DNA of 48,547 nucleotides, the filler included, from Sphacelaria rigidula (lineage: Eukaryota), in the NCBI GenBank assembly GCA_964200075.2. It is 3 parts of 3 records of this genome, joined end to end, with 100 filler letters (N's around TTAATTAATTAA, not from the genome) between each part and the next. Parts side by side here need not be neighbours in the genome. Positions count along the whole stretch, not along the records: positions 32,433 to 48,547 come from CAXNAA020001482.1; 2 more parts are not named here. One strand, given 5' to 3'. The notes below the pieces were generated by a model that was not told the origin of the DNA, searched no databases, and saw only the letters and a program-made list of their open reading frames with translations. The translations under genes and the position numbers were made by a program. Positions 36,301 to 48,467 of the stretch are shown in pieces (the stretch's first letter is position 1; every line of letters begins with the position of its first letter).

Positions 36301-39300
36301 GCTCAAGATCGGCCAAACATTTTAATTTGATGCTCTCACTTGAGAGTTTGTCCAATGGTGCGTTGATGATGTGTCGAGTTTCAAGCATGAACGTAAGTTT
36401 GGTGTTGTCCCGGAAGTTGAAATTTGAAGGTTTGAAGATTCGCCTTACAGCTCGTATTACCCTTGGAGTCATCCTGACACTGGAGTCCGCCGTTCAAGCG
36501 TTTTCGAATCTTCATATGGATTTAATCTCACTCCAACGGAATACCTGGGGTGCAGGGGGTGGCACCGCACAGGCCATCCAGCACCGCATTTTTGCTCAAA
36601 TTGGCCCCTGCGGGGCACACCTCGCCTGGGTAACTATGTGTTGGCTAAGCCTGTACGAAGATTCAAAAGACGTCTGACAGTAAACCAGTAGATTTAACAT
36701 TTGTTGGGCTACAAATATCCATGGTCGATATTATTTGATTTGAATGTGTACAACGAGAATCGGATCTCTAGTAGGGCTGACAGTCTCGTGTGCACCTCGC
36801 GTGCGCAGACCGCATGTTCGTTGAAATCAGCGCCACAAGCGCCGATTTGAGGTTTACCAAAGCCGCCTTTGCCGAGGGAATGCTATGTACCCTTGCCCGA
36901 GGGTTCTCGGTATGCGTCGGGTTGGGGTTGGGGTTGGGGTTGGGGTTAGGGATACCTCTAAAATTGTGTTAACCATGATCAAGTAGCCCCCATCAAACAG
37001 CCTTCCCGTCCTGACGTCAACGGCTTAGTTCACGGTCAGATCACTACAGGGTTCAGCCTCAAGAGCTTGGCCAGCGTGCACGCAGCATATACAGCAGCAC
37101 GTATTTGGCTCAAACCGGCGCCTTCTTCTAGACCCCGCTTACCAGATTGTGCTTGATCAACCTTGAGGGGTTTGACAAAAATGAGGTATGATCAAACCAT
37201 TCGCACCGAACTGGCGGTATAACGGCCTTGACACCACCACTTCGCCGCCATCTACGGAACGTCTACCGCCCTGTACTAATTGCAGGTGATCATCGACTAC
37301 TTGGTATTTTTCGAATTTCGCATCGGCTCATGATCTGGCTCATTTGGCCCCTATTCCCAGATTTGCTCACTACCTCACTGGATGCCGAGCACGCGGAGTG
37401 ACGCAAATATGGCGCTCTGGCTACTCGGACCCTGCTGTCACGTATTTTGTCTTCTTCAACAACAGATTAGGAAGTCCTCTTCGATTAGTTGTTTCATGTA
37501 GCTCATGATTTGTCCGACGTGTGGAATTTTGGGTCCTTACTCGGTGTAAGCCTCCAGTACTCCGTTTTCTCGGCAGTCAATACTCCCACGCACTCTGAAA
37601 TATGATCGAAAGCTGGATATACCATGGGAATTCAGAATACCTCGAGTACCGTACTATACTGAGCACCGTTGACCCCTTCCAGGGAGGTTTGTAGCGATAT
37701 CCATTACAGAAGGTTTCACAGATTGAAATAGAATCTCCGCATGTATTGATCCAACATGACGAGGGATTAATCTTCGAGGGCCGGCAGATGAACGTCTGGG
37801 TCTCAAAGCAAAGTGTATGTCGATTTAAAGGGATGATCGCCCCTTGGCGGCCATAGGGTTGAAAAACAAACAAACACAGGGAAAACGACAATCATCGGGC
37901 CTTGACCACACGCGTGGCAAGACGAAATTGAAATAAATTACGCCACGCGCAAATACCTGCGGCCATGTGCACACCATCGAAAACGTACCACACAAACTAT
38001 CCGCTGGGCTGTGGACAGATAAGACTCCGAAGTATCGAGGACGAGCTGGTGCAACCACTCAGAACACTGAAAAAAGTCAAACCTGACCCCTCGGATTTCT
38101 CACCCCCGATGCCAAAAGTATATATATCTAGAGCATCTGCGCCTTACATCTCCATGAATGAGCTACGCCAACCTCAGAGTATCGGTCGCTTCCCCATGTC
38201 GTTGTATCGCCGTTTCATCTATTCTGGACGCCAGTCTAAACCTTTCGGTATATATGGGCGCATCAGCCGGGGTCACACAGGAGGAAGCTCAACACGGGAG
38301 TTTTCTTGAATTTTGTTCAAGTACTTATCATCGCAAGAAGGGTTTGGCGGCCCCTTTCCCTCGTCGACCGAGAAGTCAAATTCAGCTTATGTGCTACTTA
38401 AATATTACGCCTTAGCGTACTAAACAGGATCATGAGCTGGCCCGTTTTTTGCCCCTTTCCCAAATTCGCTCCTTACAGCGCTGGATCCGGAGCACGCAGA
38501 GTGGCGCAAGGGTAGCGCTTTGGCTTCTCTGACCCCACACTCACGGATCTGACAGTCCCCTTCGATTGGCTGTTATCTTCGGTAGCTCATGAGCTGTCTG
38601 ATGCCTAGAATTTTGTGTACTCACGACAAAGTGGCTCACCACTGTTCGGTACGATGTGAGAAAAATTACAGATCTTGTGGCGTCACCAAATCTCAACCCC
38701 ACGTCCGAACCATCAGAAAGTTTCGAGGATAGCAACCGAGTCACCGGGCGACTAGCCCCGTGCTCTGAGGGATGTTCACAGCAAAAACCAGCGTCATCCG
38801 CTGATATGTTGTGACGCAGGTCCGTGTAGACTTCGATATCGAGGTATCTCCGTACGTCATGAGATTTACTCAACATGGCGCTGAACCCTCAGATCGCGAG
38901 AGTGGTCCACCTGAATCATGCATACCGTTTTCAACTGGAATTATATCGACTCGATCGATGACCTACTCTTGCCACCCAAGGGTTCATCAACGGAGCATTT
39001 GAAAGAGCTGAGTAAATGAGCATCTGCCCGTTGATTTTTAGACGACGATAACAATACGAGGATGGCCCAATTCGTCTGCGCCGATAAGATATGGCCGTGA
39101 AAGTTTGAAACCGTTTCCAGGCTGGCCCAGCTCGTGCATCTCTCATAGTTGTACAAATGTACAACGTTGTCGGAATTCCGAGTGCAACTCTCAAACGTCG
39201 AGAAAAAATCGAACGATATTTTCAATTCGATGGGTTATGCGTCTTCTTCTCGAAATTTCGAGCCCTCTCAACCTCGATCGAGGAACATAAACATTGGATC

Positions 39301-41965
39301 CCTCGCTCTAGGTTCGAGAGTTGGCACCTGGAATTTTCGAAAAGATGATCATCAACAACGGCTTGGAAATCTCACGCACCATTCTGAATATTTCCTTCAA
39401 TTATTTTGTCTCGGGCAAAACCCTCGAAGAACAGGGTAGGTGTCGAGACACATTTTTTTCTGTTCATCCTTTCATCCTGGAACCGGCAACGCGCTTACCG
39501 AATTTCACGAAAATCATCCAGCACCTGACGTATACTGCTTATTTCACATCAACCCCCATCCCTACAACCGTTATCAGGCCATGTCGAACAGGTCGCATGC
39601 ATACGTAGTGCGAAGTGAAGGTTTCCGAATGGTGGATCAAATCACACTACATCCTCCGAGGTGGTTGTACGGCTTGAGGGAACCTACTTTTTGTGCAAAT
39701 GGTTTGTTTTGCCGCTCGGGCTGTTTGCCCGAAGACGGTTTTTCATTTGGTATCGAGCACTGGGACCACAAGGTTTCTGAGGCGGAATCAACGTGTACCC
39801 GACAGCAATCAATTTCATCCGCATCATGGATAGTTGGTACATTATTCCGTCAGCGACAAGGCGTCACGCGCAAGCTTGAAGTTTCATGAGAAGACAGTGT
39901 GCGTAGCAACGATAGCCTCACAATAAAAAAATATCCAACAAGCTGCTGACGTCCTGACATGTTACTGTATCTACAGCACAGCACAATCGTCGCAGGAACA
40001 AAAAGCCAGGGGCGAAGTGAAACACCGACAAACGCACGTGGGTGCCTCGAAAGTTCAGCAGTACATGCACAGTGCAGTAGCAGTGCAGCACAGCTGCGGC
40101 GAAACAAATTATTCCATGTTACAAACACCCTTGGAACTCCATATCGGCCGCCTTGAAAAAACGAAGATACCATGAGAGTGCCTGTTTTGCGCATCTGCGA
40201 TGTTTTTCGCTCGCAAGAGTTTGGGGCGGATTTCGACGCCCCCTAAAAATTTTGCTGTCGTACTGGCAGATGGGCTTCCGCGGCACTTTTGCGTCTGTCG
40301 GTGGACGCAATTCAATATTTGGCCGAAAGTGCAAATTCTTGGGCAAATGGTTTTGAAGTTCAGACAACGTTTGGTTTATTTCGGTAGGTTTCCCCGCATT
40401 CGGTGGCTTTTGGTGAGTTGCCCAGACATCCCTGACATGCGTCAAACATGAGAGCTGCGTGCATCAGGAAAAGAAAGAGAACCCTCTCGGATGCTAGCGC
40501 AACTCATAATGGGGTAGGAGGAATCACCCAGCTTCTTTCTCGGCCGAAAAAGTCGCACGAGACAAGAAATGGCTTTTCTCGAAAAAATCATTTTCTCAGG
40601 CCATCGGAAGACACCAGATTCCAGCACAACACGATGCTGGGATGCATCGGGGACTGTGCAGAAAAAAACCATGAGAGCAACACCGTGGCCACACCTCGAT
40701 GACCTACGCCGATACCCTTTCCCACCACATACTTCTCACCGCGTATGTCGCATTAGTTCCCCCCGCGAAATTTTGGAAAGCCTGTCCGGGGTACTGGAAG
40801 CCAAATCCCTGGTACGGAGCGTACGAATGCGGAGAGTACGTCTGGGCGTATTGATGCTGCTGCTGGGCTGCCGCTGCTTGCTGCCGCTGCTGCTGCGCCT
40901 GAAGGTTTATGATATAACCAAATATCAAGACAGAGGAGGGGTAGGGTAGAATACCAAACGCCCAGTGAGGTTACTCTGTCCCGCAAGTAGTGATGCTAGT
41001 GGTGGTGGCGGGGGACTGGGTGGCTGTCATCTCAATGCAGGTACTCGAACCAGGAGAAGCAACAAACGAAGTATGAAAGGGGTGGCGAGCTCGCAGAGGG
41101 CTCCTCAGGTTACCGTACCTCGCAAAATCCATCGCGTCAGCTCCGTATCATCGTACTTCTTGGGCTTGAGTGCACTAGTGTCATCGAATGACGTAAGAAA
41201 ACCACGTGCTACATACTACCATCACGTGTTACTCCCCTATCTAGCTAAATCCTCCAAATGCACGCTGGCGCCAAATTATGCCAAAAGGCAGAATGTTCTG
41301 CTATCGAAGCCGAAGATCCGCATTCCACTTCCACCACTCGGAATTTTTCATTTCCAGTTGCCGAGAAGATCGCCGGTTGCCCAGGTGGCTCAGCTGGTAA
41401 TCCCGAAACCTTCGTTCATCTTCAACGGTTGCCTCGTAGTTTCGAATCCCTATGAAGCTAAACGATCAGGATATCTTCGTCACATCATGCGCAACAGTGG
41501 AGAGCAACCATGTCTTGGGTACACAAATTTGACTTTACGGTCGACGTGCGAGACGGACCGCTGAACCCCTCTCTGGATAAAAATTCAAGCAAACACTGCA
41601 GAAGGAAAGTGGAGTACTAGAACAAAACTAATACGTGAACAATTCCTGTGTGTTGGCATTCCTCCTGACCCCGGCTGATGCGCCCACATACGTCCAAACA
41701 TATAGACTGGCGTGCAGAATATATACGATGACAACACACACGCAAAGCAGTTGCCTCCGACCAATTTCCGTCGGGGCAGGTCAAAACTCGGAACGAGATT
41801 CCACAGGTTTTGGTATAATACATTCGAGCACCTTTCCTCTCGCGTGATTTTCTGCTCCTTCAACGTCAAGTCTTTTTTTGTTCTGACCACGAGAAAAACA
41901 CCTTCCCCACCTCCTGCCGACAACCGCTCCTCCAAGAAAGGTCCACACACCTGTTGTTGCTGTTG

Positions 41966-42006
<41 letters not shown>

Positions 42007-45000
42007 CGGGCAGCTGCGCGTTGGGCGGCGCCGTTCCCTGCGGCAGTCCTCCCTGTTGCGCCGTGTACGCGCTCGGATACATCGGGAATAGATTGGCCGG
42101 GTAGGTGCCGGTATAACCGGCAGCGTAAGACGGCGGGTGCCCGTAGAGTGCAGGGTACGGAGCACCGCGCGCTGCCGCCGCGACAGCCGCCTGAGCGGCC
42201 GTCGGGGATGGTGGGACGCCGCCGCCGACACCAATTGCCCCGAGTGCTTCCATGGCTCCACGCTCTCGGTCGCGATCGGTGCGGCCCGACTTTCCCCAGG
42301 ATAGGCGGACGCAGCTGCCACAAACCGTGGTGCCCTGCATGTTGTCGATGACGTGCTCCGCGCTGGCGCGATGCGCGAAGGTCACGAAGGCGCAGCCGCG
42401 GCCGGGCGGTGTGGTAACCGTGTGAATCTCGCCCGCGCATGAAAAGGTATCGCGGAGAACCTTCTCCGTGACCGAGTCGTTGATGCCTCCGACGAAGACG
42501 GTGGTGTTGCTGGGGTCTGTTGCGTGCGCCCCGGCTTGCCCTTCTTTCACGCCAGTCACCGAGCGTTTCGTTTTCATATATTTGAGTTGCAGGGGGATGA
42601 AGAGGCCAGGGGTTGAAGACAAGGTACCAGACGGCAATCAAGCGACAGACGGAAGTCAAACAGACGGTGGGAAAATAGATCCCACTTGTGACACACGTGT
42701 CACGCCTGGAAATATCAACACGAGGATGCCTCGGCTGGTCGAGTGAAAAATAGGACCCGCTCTATAGAAGCTGGCGGAAAAAAAACAATCACGCATCCGC
42801 ACGTGGGTACGTAGGAGTGTCGATGGCGACAACCGTACAGTAACTCAGTACCACGTTTCATGTGTGCCAGATCAGACGACAGCGCAATTTTGCACTTTAC
42901 TTGTTTAATCATCACCGCTGACAAATGCTCCATGGCACACCACCATGACGGCCAAGAAATGGTCTGCAAAAAGAGTTACTACACAAAACTGGAATTGAAT
43001 GAAAATAGATGCACGTAACATTAAGCGCTGAGAATGCCCACAAGGTGATGCCCAGTCCGTGTCGCCGCCTCGACGCGGATTTCCACGTGATTCAATCTAA
43101 CGATTCGAGGATTTCCTGTCTTTTTCTTGCATTCATGTTCATCTACGATCGCAACCACCACACACCGGCGAATGTCATCCGCTTTGCTTGGCACGAAACG
43201 CATGTTTGTATGAAGTAAAGTGCCCCTGTAACGGCATGTGGCAACCATGGATTGACATCCCGCAACATAGTCTTACGAAAAGTCCTACGAACAACACTGA
43301 CAGGATGGGTATTCGATCACACCGCAGGAACAGGCCAGGAAAAGGAAACTAGTGACGAATTCCACAGAGAAGACTACTTGAGGTAGGAGGGCCGGTCGAG
43401 TATGATGATTATTCTGCCTACTTCCGACCAGTTGATGCCCACGCTGGCCGCTGGCTAATGCTTCTTTACCGGGGCAACCACGTAAACGATAAAGTGCACA
43501 ATTTCGCTAGCATGTGCTAATGTCCCCCTCAGCCATGACAAATACCTACAAGCACACACGTTGGTCGTCCGCCAACGTCGTCCGCCCTTGTAAGGCTTTT
43601 ACCGAAACTACGGTCAACTTGCGGGAACACATAAATGACACATCAAAGAGTAGACTTTCACGTGCGGCTGTCCATTTTGGTATAATGGAACATATTGGTC
43701 ACGAAAACAATACCGCCCAAGGTTACCGCGGAGACATAAGGTCGACTGAGCTAACTGCAAGCGAGCATCCAATCTATCCCCGCCCTTTTTTGATGACCGA
43801 TCATTACCCATCACCCCTCCTTTTCCCATCTCCTTGTCGGCAGCGTACCTCGACTTGGTAGTGTAACAAAATTAATAATAATTTGACTCTTTACCGTAGC
43901 ATCGCCGCGCACCTTGCACTCCAGTGCGCTTCGTAGCTGGTGCCACGCGAATAGGTCGTCCGCAACACTCTGCCCCGTTCATGGCTGTCAGAGCTTCATC
44001 CCTTTCTTGCTCATCGCCGAACCTGATGAAACCGAAGCTTTTGGACGAACCGGTCATTGGATTGGTTACCACCTTGGCGCCTAGCACTGACGGGTACTTC
44101 TCCAAGAATGTCGCCTTCAGCTCGGCGTCAGACACCTCAGGCGATAGATCGCCCACGAACACTGAATATTCGGGGGCCTGCTCTATCCGCTTCCCTCCTG
44201 CGCCCCAATTCAGTCGGTAACGTAGCGAGGTGCCCTCTAATGCACATCGTTTGGATTTTTCGAGAAAAAGGTGGACGGGGAGACGAGTGACAACAACCAG
44301 GAAGGATAGGGGTGAATGAGGGTCGGGATGCAGCAGTTGTGCGGGTTTTGCGGAGGAAACAAGAGCGATGTTTATGATCGCTTGGCAGTACTTGGTGCCA
44401 CAGGATGACTGGGCACTCACATGAGTACAGACAGAACCACCGTCGTATAGCACAGCACAAAAAGTACAGCGTCTACTGGCCTTATACAATCAGTTAACGT
44501 ACCGATTGGCTTTCCGTTCAAGGTATCAAGCACCAGCTGCGCCGTCTCATGGCTTCGAAAGTCGATAAATCCATATCCGGCGACTATGCCCCGGTGTCGG
44601 TCTCGGATGAGCTTCACCTCAAGCTCTTGCCCTGTGCATGGCACAAAAATGCAGGCAACGAACAACTAAACGAAAATGTGTTGGGGTTCTCAGAGCGGAT
44701 ATTTCACCATAATAAAATAATCCTCAAGAAACGGACATCACAAGAGTAATACTATCCACGTAGTTCGATGTTTATGAAGGCACCACTCCTCGAACTCATG
44801 TTGAAAAAGGATACAGCAGTCGCGGCTGGATGCAGGGGCGTCGGTGTTAAGGGGCGGGTGAAATTTGATACCAACATGCAAGAGGACGTCGGGGTGTGTT
44901 GGCGAGTTAACACGAAGAAGCAGATTAGAGCCAAGAAAGCGACAACAGTCACTGCGTTGAGGAAGCGCGATGCTGTAGAGTACTGACTGTTATGCCACCC

Positions 45001-45685
45001 TGCCCTGCTGCTGCAAGTGAACTCACCAACAGAAGCGAACAGACTCTCCACGTACTCCTCCGTCCAATCCGGCTACAGGTATCGCCCGACCAGGATGGGA
45101 TATACACAGGTGCAGAGAGATGTATGGTCCCATATACCAATATACGAAATATTGTTCAATTTGTTTACAAAGTTTCGCACAACAAGGGGTCGGAGCGGGG
45201 GAAGAGGAAACGAAAAGAGGGGCAGGGCGAGAAAACTGTTTGTAAACGAAGAATGGGCGACAAAGCAACTTGAACAACCGGTCCCAACGAATGTTCGTTG
45301 GAAAGAGCAGATACACGCACACCTGGCTGGCGATTTTGCGAATACCGCTCGTGTCCTCTCCGCGGTACCTCCGCGCCTATACTTGGATTACAAGAAAGAA
45401 GCTTTATTTATGGGCAAGAGCGGATTGTGTGTCTGCATGTTACGAGGTGGGTATGCGACCAACAGCAGACCACGTGACCCACTCGAAAATCTTGCGCCAA
45501 AATACAACATCTGATCATGTTCGCGACTTTGCAAACGGCGACTGCTACTGTACTGTACTGTACTGTATTGTACACCACCACAACTACGAGTCGGTTCTCA
45601 CTTGAACATCTCCTAGCCACAGAGTCTTGCAGCCTGCAGGCCTTGGGTCTCCCTCTTGGTACACATCGCGATCTTCATCTGCCAT
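33231..45685 (-). CDS. Three-RRM RNA-binding protein of the RBP45/RBP47/Nam8/Ngr1 group (RRM1-2 SECp43-related); join(45685..45602,45072..45027,44631..44503,44236..43913,42540..41951,40898..40740,34908..34714,[34609..34508],33341..33231)
   Basis: Exon phases all consistent. RRM1 KTLWLGDVQ...GYGFIDF...RYRLNWG; RRM2 EYSVFVGDL...KSFGFIRF; RRM3 DPSNTTVFVGGI...RGCAFVTF...VRLSWG; then an A/P/Y/Q-rich tail. About 545 aa (579 aa with the optional exon). Confidence 0.9.
34714..34908 (-). CDS. RBP gene exon 7 (DPSAALAADLSQLNLSAGG...SFSLQD)
   Basis: tttcag acceptor, phase 0; GAC|gtgaga donor; read-through would stop at TGA 34675-34677. Confidence 0.65.
35711..36020. repeat. Degenerate tandem duplication
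   Basis: gtacaaaat..gtagtaggcacgc.gtg...aacgaacaa..gct..tgcc.ag.cccatca occurs twice (35711-35885, 35899-36015). Confidence 0.55.
36757..36951 (+). repeat. Dispersed element ending in telomere-like hexamers, copy 2
   Basis: Same body, followed by (GGGTTG)4 GGGTTA GGG at 36919-36951. Confidence 0.7.
37325..38625. repeat. Diverged ~200-bp direct repeat pair (37325-37545, 38427-38625)
   Basis: tcatga.ctggc..gcccct.ttccca..ctggat..gagcacgc.gagtg.cgcaa..cttcgatt..tagctcatga in both copies. Confidence 0.6.
38199..38385 (-). mobile_element. SINE family A, 5'-truncated copy
   Basis: gggcgcatcagccggggtcacacagg...cctttccctcgtcgaccg shared with 4687-4940. Confidence 0.75.
40740..40898 (-). CDS. RBP gene exon 6 (AQQQRQQAAAAQQQHQYAQTYSPHSYAPYQGFGFQYPGQ...)
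   Basis: ttcag acceptor; GCG|gtgaga donor; 53 codons continuing the Q/Y-rich tail. Confidence 0.85.
41373..41741 (+). mobile_element. tRNA-derived SINE, full length (family A), in an RBP intron
   Basis: A-box TGGCTCAGCTGG 41386-41397, B-box-like GTTTCGAATCCC 41439-41450, body ...gggtacacaaatttgactttacggtcgacg...gaccccggctgatgcgcccaca..., ACACAC tail. Confidence 0.75.
41951..42004 (-). repeat. Coding (CAG/CAA)18 polyglutamine tract
   Basis: 18 consecutive CAG/CAA codons at the end of RBP exon 5. Confidence 0.95.
41951..42540 (-). CDS. RBP gene exon 5 (RRM3, low-complexity region, Q18)
   Basis: aag acceptor (tandem AAGAAG); CAG|gtgtgt donor; 590 nt, phase 1/0. Confidence 0.92.
43913..44236 (-). 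CDS. RBP gene exon 4 (RRM2)
   Basis: tag acceptor; AAG|gtgcgc donor; phase 1/1. Confidence 0.93.
44503..44631 (-). CDS. RBP gene exon 3 (RRM1 RNP1 GYGFIDF)
   Basis: cag acceptor; G|gtacgt donor; phase 1/1. Confidence 0.92.
45027..45072 (-). CDS. RBP gene exon 2 (PDWTEEYVESLFASV)
   Basis: tag acceptor; G|gtgagt donor; 46 nt. Confidence 0.9.
45602..45685 (-). CDS. RBP gene exon 1 (MADEDRDVYQEGDPRPAGCKTLWLGDVQ)
   Basis: ATG at 45685; CAA|gtgaga donor; RNP2 of RRM1. Confidence 0.85.
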
Positions 45686-46565
45686 CCTATCGCACATCAG
45701 GAGAGAGATAGCGCGCCTCGTTTTCAGCTCGTGGTCAAGCCCCCCTCCCCGTCCCCGCCAGTTTGATTCCCATCCACGCGGGAGAGATAATCATGGTGGA
45801 GCTGAGGCCATATTGCTCGGGATGTACAGAGTGTCAACACATACAGAGTACAGTGCACTATGGTACACTGCAGCACAGAAAAATATAGAACAGCACAGAG
45901 AGCACGTCGGTACAACACTATCCACATATCCAGCAGTGTATACGATAGAACGACAACACGGTGCAAGCGGTACATGCGACGCAGTGAAATACAGTTTTCG
46001 AAGCTCTATTTTTGTTTCCCCTAGGGCATCTGAAAAGCCACAAACTTCACAGACAAATGGAGGAGAGAGTGCCAAATAGCCATCGTAATGCATACCTGAA
46101 CACGAGTCCGGGCGGTGCTGTCGGTAGACGCCTGAGGAAAAGTTTGTACGATTTGCCTGTGACGTAGGGACAATTGTGCAGCGAGTCCAGGAGTAAAGTG
46201 TGGTGTGGCTCTCACAAAAATACTCTAAACAGGAAGAAAGCTGTGGAACCTGAACCTGATAATGAGGCCCGTTGGCAAAAGCGATGTGCGGGATAACTTT
46301 GGCAACGGCTAGTTTGAAAAATAACAAGAATGCGTATACACGAAAGTCCTACAGAATGTACATATAGAGACACCTCTGACTCCAAACATGAACCCCGACA
46401 TTGAGAAGCCACTGTCAGCGACCACAAGTGTCCTGTCAAGAGGCGCATGCAAAACTGTCAAAAAGTTGGCGAAAAGCGCTATTCGAACCGTCAGTAAATT
46501 GTTTTGTGTGCAACGTTTGGTGTGTCCATTTCTGCATTGTGGGGTGTGAACAAAGGCTATTTTTT

Positions 46566-46870
46566 TTAGCCTTTTTGATCGTGGGGGTAGATCACCTGTT
46601 GAATCTGCATCATGCTCACTCGAAAAAAGAAAGCATTACGCAAATGAAACATCCTGGCGGTCAAAGGGTTAATCCCTACCCTTTGATCACGAGGGCAGGT
46701 CATATGGATCAAGCATTATTTTTTTCAAATGAAATGATGCCGATTCAACAGATGACCTACCCTCGTGATCAAGGGGTTAACTAACTCTTTGTCCATCATC
46801 CGTTGAATCGACATCAATATCACTTGAAAAATATGACCCAGATGAGCCACACCTACGGTCAAAGGATTAA
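46566..46870. mobile_element. Three abutting ~100-bp piggyBac-type MITEs (46566-46672, ~46679-46780 inverted, 46781-46870)
   Basis: Ends resemble TTAACCCTTTGA...TCAAAGGGTTAA; shared core gttgaatc(gg/tg/ga)catca; TTAA at 46669-46672, 46777-46780 and 46867-46870. Confidence 0.6.
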
Positions 46871-47384
46871 ACTACTGTGTACGCATCTGACGTATCTTTG
46901 ATTGGTTTTGCTTGGGAAGGGAGAAGGATATTCTCGTTTCCCAACCAAGGGATCTACGTTCATATCTGGACAACGATCTATTTGAGGGTTTAGGGTTTCC
47001 ATACCTCGTTGTACATTTTTAATACAATTCAGATGAACATTAAATCGAGGAGTTTGAATAACAATGTACAGCACGGAATAACTCAAAAATGAGGTGCGGC
47101 TACAGCGGCTAAGCAGATTTTCGTAGATTGGCCGAGCGGTCTAGCACGACAGGTTTCTTCTACAATCAGGTAGGTGTATTGGCAGAAAGAGGCAAAATCC
47201 TGTTGGCACGATTTTTCCTGGAAGATTCATCCCATCGGTTATTTTCATCACGACGGTTACTTCTGGGCACGGTCTCTTTGCCATACCTAACGTATATCTA
47301 GCAATTTCACATAGCGAACTACGGCCCTACTTCGAGTATGCCCAAGATATTACTCATGGAAAGGCTAAAGTTCGGACTTTTCCG

Positions 47385-47699
47385 TAACCCTTTGACCGCG
47401 AGGGAGTCATTCTTGTATTGTTCTATGCGGCTGCTCTTGCAGGAAAAAGTCACGATTCCTGAACAACCCTCACTGGTCAGCAGAGGATTATTCCTTCGAC
47501 CGCAGCATGAGACTATTGTTTTGCAGATGGTGAGATGGTGATGCCGATTCCACCGATGCCCGACGACCCAACCAGGCTTTTTGTACTGCCTGTAGAGCAA
47601 AGAGAGAGTAAACCCTCTGACCGTAAATCTGATTCTCATCATTCATGTGAAGGTGATGCCGATTCGACAGGTTTCCACATCTGGCGGTGAAGCGTTTAA
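47385..47699. mobile_element. Two more degenerate copies of the piggyBac-type MITE (47385-~47570, 47609-47699)
   Basis: taaccctttgaccg and aaaccctctgaccg starts; tgatgccgattc core; ggcggtgaagcgtttaa end. Confidence 0.5.
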
Positions 47700-48232
47700 A
47701 ACGTTAGAACGAGTCTTCGAAAAATACATGAGATGGGATGGGTGCTACGGGAGGGCACCACACTGGCCGTCGAAGCATGTGTGCAATATATATATATACT
47801 GCACTCTGCTGCAGCGACTAGGTAGCAGATACTATTCTGTGCTCCACTGCAACAAGTAGAAGCAGAAGTGCACCTGCAATCAAGAGCATCAAGTTTTACT
47901 GTCCTGTGTCATCAACGGCCCGACTCGCGTGTTTGGACCTTCCACTTCATCGTTCATTCGTCACGCGCACAATCCATAGCAACAGTCAGTGCAAAGTTAT
48001 GCTGCACGCGTGCAGGGTACGCTTACTGTCTCGCACGTACTACAGTATTGTAGCACTGTTCTGCACAGTCTGAAGCTTTGCGCTACCCTTTCACTCCTCT
48101 CAAGAATCTATAATATGTATCCTCTCCCAGTATATATGTGTGTGTGTGTGTTTTTAATCCGTCGATCTTCAATTTCCGCAGAAGAATGCACGACTCAAGT
48201 TAGTACCGAATCACGAAACGCAGGAGGCATTT

Positions 48233-48452
48233 GTGTGTTTGAGTGTTGTTGTCAACCCTGCTCTTCTGGATGCCCGTCCGCATCTTTCGGTATATGTGGG
48301 CGCCCCAGTCGGGGTCACACAGGAGGAAGGCCACCACAGGAATCTCTTCTTTCTTGTTTTTATTTTACTTTTCCGCCTTCCTTCTGCGATGCTTGTCTTC
48401 TTTTTTTTTTATCGCGAGAGGGGTTCAACAGTCCCTTTCCCTCGTCGGCCGT
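48233..48452 (-). mobile_element. SINE family A, 5'-truncated copy
   Basis: gtgggcgccccagtcggggtcacacaggagg...cgcgagaggggttcaacagtccctttccctcgtc shared with 4687-4940. Confidence 0.75.
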
Positions 48453-48467
48453 GTACAGTGTACAGTG

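Noticed and set aside
41380..41450. tRNA-like sequence (also 4990-5057)
   Set aside because: A/B boxes only, no complete cloverleaf; it is the SINE head.
41712..42321. Poly-Cys, poly-Ala and poly-Ser ORFs
   Set aside because: Other-frame or antisense readings of the CAG/CAA polyQ tract.
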